Assembly (NCBI GenBank): GCA_963734535.1
Contig: CAVTHS010000009.1
Span: forward strand, 1 to 64,000
Length of the DNA: 64,000 bases
Source of the DNA: an uncultured Chloroflexia bacterium
GTDB lineage: Bacteria; Chloroflexota; Limnocylindria; Limnocylindrales; CSP1-4
Direction: 5' to 3'
Below the pieces are notes generated by a model. That model made no database searches. It worked only from the letters and a program-made list of their open reading frames with translations, and was not told the DNA's origin. The position numbers and the translations under genes were made by a program. This document shows positions 57,845-64,000 of the stretch, piece by piece; within the stretch, counting starts at the first letter, position 1; the number at the start of each line of letters is the position of its first letter.

Positions 57845-59552
57845 CTACGCGGCGCTGGCGGTTCGCATGAGGCCATGCAGGTCCCGCACGGGTTCGGCGA
57901 TCAGCGACGCCAGCGCCGCGGGCGCGGGGAGGGGGATCGCCAGGTAGAAGCCCTGGCCGCGGTCGCAGCCGAGGTCGATGACGGCGGCGAGCTGGTCCGG
58001 GTCCTCGATTCCTTCGGCCGTCACCTCGAGGCCGAGCCCGCGTGCAAGAGCCGAGACGGCTGCGATGATCGAGTGGTTCGTCCCGGGAACCGCCAGCCCC
58101 GCCACGAAGGCCCGGTCGACCTTGATGCTGTCGAGGGCCATCTCCGACAGGTAGGCGAGCGACGAGTAGCCGGTCCCGAAGTCGTCGAGCGCCAGGCGGA
58201 CGCCGAGCTGACGGAGCGTCCGCAGGGTCGACGCCGGTCGCCGCCGCATTGCTCATGGCCACGGTCTCCGTGATCTCCAGCTCCAGGGATGAGGCCGGCA
58301 GGCCGCTCGCCGCGAGCACGCCGGCGACGGTCGCGGCGAGGTCGGGCTGGGTGAACTGGCGGCCCGAGAGGTTGACGCTCACGCTCAGCGGCGGTTCGGT
58401 GGGCATCGCGAGCTGCCATGCCCGTGTCTGCTGGCATGCCTCGGACAGCACCCATTCGCCGATTCCCAGGATGAGCCCGGTCTCCTCGGCGAAGGGGATG
58501 AAGTCGTCCGGCCCGAGCAGCCCGCGGGTCGGGTGCTCCCAGCGGACCAGGGCCTCGTGGCCCACGATGATCCCCGTCCGCAGGTCGATCAGGGGCTGGT
58601 AGTAGAGCTGCAGCTCGCCGCGCTCGACGGCCCTGTGGAGGTCCGTGTCCAGCTCGAGCCACGCCATCGTGGCCCCGCCCATGCTCGGCTCGAAGACCGC
58701 AACGCGGCTGAGCGAGCTCGACTTGGCCCGGTAGAGCGCGATCTCGGCGTCCCGGAGCAGGTCTGCCGCGCCGACGCCGTCGGACGTCGCGACCGCAACG
58801 CCGACGCTCGCACCGATGTTGATCTCCCGGTCGTCCGCGGGGAACGGCTCCGTGAGCGTGTCGACGAGGCGCTCCGCGATCACGCGCGCGCCTGCCTCGT
58901 CCGCGATTCCGTCGAGGAGCAGCGCGAACTCGTCGCCGCCGAGACGGGCGAGGGTGTCGCCGGGCCGGACCGCCGCGCCGAGACGCCAGCCGACGGCCGC
59001 CAGGATCTGGTCGCCGACCGCGTGGCCCAGGCTCTCGTTCACGACCTTGAAGCGATCAAGGTCGAGCAGCAGGACGGCAGCGGGTGCCGCGCCGCGCTGC
59101 CGGGCCGACGTGAGCGCGCGAGCGACCCGGTCGAGGAAGAGCGAGCGGTTCGGCAGCGACGTCAACGCGTCGTGGGACGACTGGTGCGCGAGGCGCTCCT
59201 GGATCGCGCGTCGTTCGCGGATGTCGCGCACGGCGGTCGCGCGGGCCGGGGCCTCGTCGACATACTGGATCGTCCGGCCGATCACCTCGACGGGTCCCTC
59301 GGCGCCATCGGCGAGGAGGGCGACCGTCTCGAATGGCGTCTCGCGGTCGCCGGCCAGCTGCAGCCGGATTGCCGAACGTGCCGCCGCGGGGAACAGGTCC
59401 AGGACCGGCGTCCCCGCGACCTGGTCGGCCGGCCGTCCGAAGAGGTCGCCAAAGGCAGCGTTGGCCTCGAGCACGTATCCGTCGCGGTGAATGACCAACG
59501 CCTCGAAGGACGCGTCGGCCAGGCGGCGCAGGCCATCGCCGGTGGCGTGCAT
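57845..59552 (-). CDS. PAS-GGDEF-EAL protein (extra G near 58235)
   Basis: HDALTSLPNR, DLDRFK.VN, RLGGDEF, YQP, EALVRW, ELEITE, then DDFGTGYSSL, KVD, AEGIE, QGF in the next frame. Confidence 0.9.
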
Positions 59553-59599
59553 CTCCGCCTCCGGCCGCGGGTCGGCTCCCGGCTGCGGGTCGGTCGCGG

Positions 59600-61815
59600 C
59601 GGGCGGTCGGGACGTCGCGCCACGTCCCGCGCTGCGCACCGCGGATCGCCGGCACGTCCTGGCGCCGCGACCCCTTGGCGAGGTAGAGCTGGGCATCGGC
59701 AAGCATGACGAGGTCGTTCTTGATCCGCCCATCGGCCGGGTACATCGCGATCCCGATGCTGATGCTCACGCCCGGCGCGTCATCGGGGCCGCCGAGCGCC
59801 TCGACCCCCGAGGCCAGGCGATCTGCGACCGCCTCCGCTTCCTGGCGGCCGACCCCCGGAAGGAGGATCGCGAACTCGTCGCCTCCGTAGCGATAGACGC
59901 GGTCTTCCTCGCGAACCGCCGCCTCCAGGGCATCCGCGACGGCGCGCAGCAGCCGGTCGCCCGCCGGATGGCCGCGGGTGTCGTTGAACGCCTTGAACCC
60001 GTCGAGGTCCAGCATGAGGAGGGCGAACGTGCCCGCCCCGAGACGGCCGCGATCGAGCAGGTCATCGACGGCGGCCTGGAAGACGCCGTGGTTTCGGAGA
60101 CCCGTGAGCGCGTCACGATCGGCGCGGAGCTCGGCGGCCTGGATCGCCTCCGCGGTCTGGAGCGCGATCGAGGCCTGGCCGGCGAACAGCTTCACGAGCT
60201 CGAACTCGTCAAGCGTGAAGTGCGCCTCGGCCTCGCCCATGCGCCCCACGTTCAGCGTGCCGATCACCTCGCCGCCCACCCGAAGCGGCACGACGATGAG
60301 CGACTCGGACTCCGACGGAGTGCCGGGGATGTTCATCGCGCGCGGATCGAGCTGCGCGTCGTTGGCCAGCACGGCCTCGCCGCGCTCGACTGCCCACCCG
60401 GTCAGGCCGCTCCCGATCTCGATCTTCTCGGCCAGGATGATGTCCGCGAAGCGGTCCCGCGCCAGCACCGCGACGCGCACCTCGTGCAGGCGATCGAGGC
60501 GGTAGATGGTCAGGTTGTCGTACCGCACGACGGACTTGAGACCGTCGGCGATCAGCTCCAGGACCTCGCGGGGATCCCCGGAACCCAGGAGCGTCTCGTT
60601 GACCTCGAGGAGCGCCCGCTGCCCGGCGAGGCGATGCTCCAGCTCGACCTGCTGGCGCCGCAGCCGTTCGATGTTCTCGGCGTTGACCAGCGACTGCGCG
60701 GCAAAGCCGCCAAAGATCGAGAGCGTGGTCAGGTCGTCCGCCGCGTAGCGATCGAAGCCCTTCTTCGAGACGACGATGACCCCGCGGACCACCTCCTCGT
60801 ATGTCATCGGCGCGAAGAGCATCGACTCGGGCTCCTCGTCGGAGCCGACGGTGAGGCGTCGCGGGTCGGTGCGGGCGTCGGCCACCCGGAGCGGCGAATT
60901 GTTGGCGGCGACCCAGCCCGTGAGCCCTCGGCCGATCTCGACCTGGAGGACCTGGCGCGACGGCTCGGCGGTCCCAAGGAAGACCCCGCCGAAGGCGATC
61001 GGCTCGCACATTCCCGTCGCGTGGTCGACCGCGTAGACCCGGGCCGTGTCGGAGTCGAAGAGGTGGCGGATCTCCGCGACGATGGCCTGCCCGATCGCGG
61101 CCACCTCGTGGATCCGGTTCAGGTTCCCGGCCAGGTCCTTGATCGCCTCGAGGCGTGCCGCAAATGACTGGACCCGGCCGTAGAGGCGGGCGTTCTGGAT
61201 GGTGACGCCCACCTGGGCCGCGAAGGCTGCGGCGAGGTCGAGGTCCGCGGCGGACCAGGCGTTGGACGCCGCCCGCGAGAGGACAAGCAGCCCGACGGGC
61301 TCGTCGAGCATGACCACCGGGACGCAGCAGTCCGTCCGGGTGCCGTCCTGGTGAGTCCGTGCGCGGCCGGTCTGCACCCGGGCCAGGCCCTTCTGCGTTC
61401 CGGAGGCGTTCTTCCGGATCACCTGCGGGCGGCCGGACGCGACGGCTCGCCGCGCCGCGGCGGCGGCCTGCCGCCCGGGCGACCTGGGGGCCGGCATCGG
61501 GCCCGAGATGGCCTCGACGAGGGCAGGAGCGAGGCCGTGCTCGGCGGCGAGACGGAATGGGCGCTCGCGGTCCTCGAGGGTCCAGAGCCCGGCTCCCGCG
61601 AGCCCGAACAGGTCCATCGCGTGGCGCAGCACGTCCTCGAAGACCTGTCCGAGATCCCGCTGTCCGCTGACCTGGGCCGCGATGCGCCGGACGGCCGCGT
61701 CCCGGCCGCCGAGGCCGCCGCCCGGCGCGACGCGTCCGGCGACCGCGACCGCCTGCGCGGCGGGCAGCCGGGTAGCCGGGAGGCTCTCGACGGCGGACTC
61801 GGAAGGAACGACCAC
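59600..61815 (-). CDS. GAF-GAF-GAF-GGDEF diguanylate cyclase; 3' end uncertain, possibly fused to the downstream gene
   Basis: Three GAF-like segments (GLTGWVA, PLRVGGEVIG), DALTGLRN, DLDGFKAFND..GH..GD, RYGGDEF, LYLAK; no stop until 59056. Confidence 0.85.
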
Positions 61816-61994
61816 GGGCGGGTGCGAGCTCCTGGCGTGAGCCGAGATTGGGACGCGTCACTCGGTTCGATGGCGGACAGGTGCACCGTAGCAACGGGAA
61901 CACGCAGGTGCGATGGCCCGGGAGTACTCCCCCGTCCGGGGTCATGGCGCCGTCGACACGCGATCCGCGTACGGCCGGGACGCCCGGACGAGCT

Positions 61995-62508
61995 TCAGCC
62001 GCGGGGACCCTCGAGAGGCAGCGAGAACCCCAGGAGCCGCACCCCGGGCTCCGGCTCCCAATCGCGGTCCGGCCGCCGCGCGAACCCGAGCCGGGCGTAG
62101 ATCACCTGGGCAGCGCGCATGTACGGCAGCGAGTGCAGGAAGATCGCCGCGCGGCCCTCCGCTCGTGCCCGCGCCACGCACGCCGCGACGAGGGCGGTCC
62201 CGGCACCCCGGCCTCGCGCTGCCGCGTCCACCGCCAGCATGCGGATCGCGGCCTCGCCCGGCTCCAGGAGCTCTGCCCATGGGCTCTCGGGACCCGGGAC
62301 GAACGTGACGCACCCGAGCAGCGGAGGATCGGCCAATTCATCGAGCGCAACCAGGACCACCGCTTCGCGCGCCCGCCGGGCCACGTCTCGCAGCTCCGGC
62401 TCGTAGCCGGGCTCGTCGAACTCGGGAAGCGACCGGTACGCGGCCACCACGAGCTCGCCGAGCGTGGGCGTGCTCCTCGGGCCGTGCCTCGCGGATGATG
62501 ACGGGCAC
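61995..62508 (-). CDS. GNAT acetyltransferase (extra C near 62467)
   Basis: IIREARPEEHA start in one frame; RMLAVDAAARGRGAG...YARLGF in the other. Confidence 0.85.
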
Positions 62509-62515
62509 CGTGGCC

Positions 62516-63514
62516 TCAGTCGGCGACCGGACGACGCAGGCGCACGAACCGCCGATTGACCGCGAAGCCCAGCCGTTCGTAGAGCCCCACGGCGCCGGTC
62601 GGATTCTCCGCGTCAACGCCGAGCGAGGCTGCCTCCATCCCGGCCGCGCGGAACGCCTCCATGCTGCGGACCAGGAGGGCGGTCGCCAGGCCACGGCCTC
62701 GCCACGCACGCCGAACGCCCAGCTGGCCGATCCACGCATCGCGAACGTCGCTCACGGCCCAGTCTGCCTCGCTGCAGTAGTTGGCGCTGTACCCGGCCAC
62801 CTCGCCGCCCGCGAGCGCGACGAACGAGAGGTCGGCCCGGAAGTGCGGCTCGCCCACGAAGTCGCGCTCCCAGTCCTCCGCTCTCACCGGCTCCGAGCTC
62901 CAGTGGTCGGCGAAGGCAGCGTTGTGGGCGTCGCGGACCGCCTCGGCGAACGCCGGGTCATAGCGCACGATCCGGATTCCCGGTACGTCGGGTTCGGCCG
63001 GGAGCGCCGCCGTGAGACCGCGCCGCATGTCCATGTAGTGGCGGACGGCAGCGAACCCATGGGCCTGATGGAGCTCGATCGAACCCGCCGCGGTCACGTC
63101 GCGGAAGGCCTCCAGGAAGCGCGGCAGGTCCGCCGGCTGTGCAGCGAGCGACTCCTCGCCGCGAGCGATCGCCCAGCGCAGGAGCAGCGTCCCGATTCCA
63201 CGGCCGCGCACGGCAGGGTGGGTGGCGCCATCGACGAACGCGCGACGCGCCAGCCGCGCGTGGAACCGCTCGTGGACGAACGCCCAGCCGGCAAAGGCGC
63301 CATCGTCGAGGACCAGCCCGAGCGTGTTGGTGGCCGCCGGCGCCTGCGGGTCCGTCAATGCGCGGACCATGTCGTCCGGGGTCTGCACCTCCTCCCCGCC
63401 ATCCGCGGCCCGGGCCGCCTCGACGGCGGCCGCGAGCGGGACCGCGTCGCCCGGCGTCAACCGGCGCCACGCTGCGCCAGGCAGGATCGGGTCATCGGGG
63501 AGGGTCAAAGCCAT
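62516..63514 (-). CDS. Tandem-domain GNAT acetyltransferase (MshD-like architecture)
   Basis: HPAVRGRGIG and VRRAWRGRGLA; LGVDAENPTGAVGLYERLGF. Confidence 0.9.
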   Translation of the reverse strand: MALTLPDDPILPGAAWRRLTPGDAVPLAAAVEAARAADGGEEVQTPDDMVRALTDPQAPAATNTLGLVLDDGAFAGWAFVHERFHARLARRAFVDGATHPAVRGRGIGTLLLRWAIARGEESLAAQPADLPRFLEAFRDVTAAGSIELHQAHGFAAVRHYMDMRRGLTAALPAEPDVPGIRIVRYDPAFAEAVRDAHNAAFADHWSSEPVRAEDWERDFVGEPHFRADLSFVALAGGEVAGYSANYCSEADWAVSDVRDAWIGQLGVRRAWRGRGLATALLVRSMEAFRAAGMEAASLGVDAENPTGAVGLYERLGFAVNRRFVRLRRPVAD

Positions 63515-63729
63515 GCCGCGATTCTGCGGCATCCGGCCCTCGCCGGACGGTGCTGGGGCGCACATCGATCCTCTCGTCGAGATCCGCGTCCGCGGGCTGA
63601 AATCCGTGCTTTACCGCGCTGTTGGTACGCCGTACCATCGCGCCCTTGCCGCCGCAGGGCGGAATACGCAGTTGGGGGGGTTCAACGCAGATGCGATTCC
63701 TGTCCATGCGCCGAACCGGCCGCACCAAT

Positions 63730-64000
63730 GTGAGGAGAGCGTCTGCGCTCATCCCATTGGCCGCGCTCGTCGGTGGGCTGTTGCTGACCACGGCCGGCGC
63801 GTCGGCGGCGGGCCCGGTGACACCGCTGTTCACGATCGCGGCTGACAATTTCCCGGCCGTCCCAACCGGGCATAGCTGGGCGTTCAACGACTACTTCCCG
63901 CGCAGCGCGACGATCGCCCAGGGCGGGACGTTCGAGTTCGTGAACGGGGGCGGCTTCCACACCGCGACCCTGCTTCCGTCGTCGTGGACCGTCGCGGCCG
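63730..64000 (+). CDS. Secreted cupredoxin/plastocyanin-like protein (5' part only)
   Basis: Signal peptide MRRASALIPLAALVGGLLLTTAGASA, then YFPRSATIAQGGTFEFVNGGGFHTAT. Confidence 0.65.
   Translation, partial: MRRASALIPLAALVGGLLLTTAGASAAGPVTPLFTIAADNFPAVPTGHSWAFNDYFPRSATIAQGGTFEFVNGGGFHTATLLPSSWTVAA

Noticed and set aside
61816-61990. c-di-GMP riboswitch upstream of the GGDEF gene
   Set aside because: I could not identify the GEMM consensus elements.
34380-62470. Programmed frameshifting or mass pseudogenisation in VKOR, ABC ATPase, AttH, pabB, EAL and GNAT genes
   Set aside because: Mostly single-base indels with no slippery motif, in otherwise intact genes; more consistent with consensus errors.

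Overview
High-GC bacterial DNA. Gene content and style suggest Chloroflexota, possibly Limnocylindria-like; this is inference only. Bases 1-11.9 kb are an accessory region built from tandem integrative elements at a minus-strand tRNA-Arg(CCG) (11859-11934). The main finding is a large serine recombinase whose attP lies inside its own 3' coding end. The reconstituted site is a 23-2-23 bp inverted repeat (18/23 matches) around a GG dinucleotide. Integration swaps the enzyme's C-terminal tail for one read antisense through the tRNA and uncouples a downstream HTH gene. Remnants of two older recombinase copies show repeated tandem integration. Beside the tRNA is an unannotated, highly structured ~170-200 nt RNA (6S-like or novel). 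The rest is mostly core or metabolic: two cyclophilins, a divergent HisA-like protein, ltaE, tRNA-Asp, a NirK-like Cu oxidase with an Rrf2 regulator, and a ferric-reductase/ApbE operon whose two putative substrates share a C-terminal HA-x-T-x-ASG motif. It also holds a Fur/Zur-metal ABC operon divergent from PCuAC-SCO-FTR1-DsbA-VKOR, MMPL, kamA, pabBC, pduO, GGDEF/EAL genes and GNATs. Scattered single-base frameshifts in otherwise normal genes suggest consensus indel errors, so pseudogene calls are tentative.
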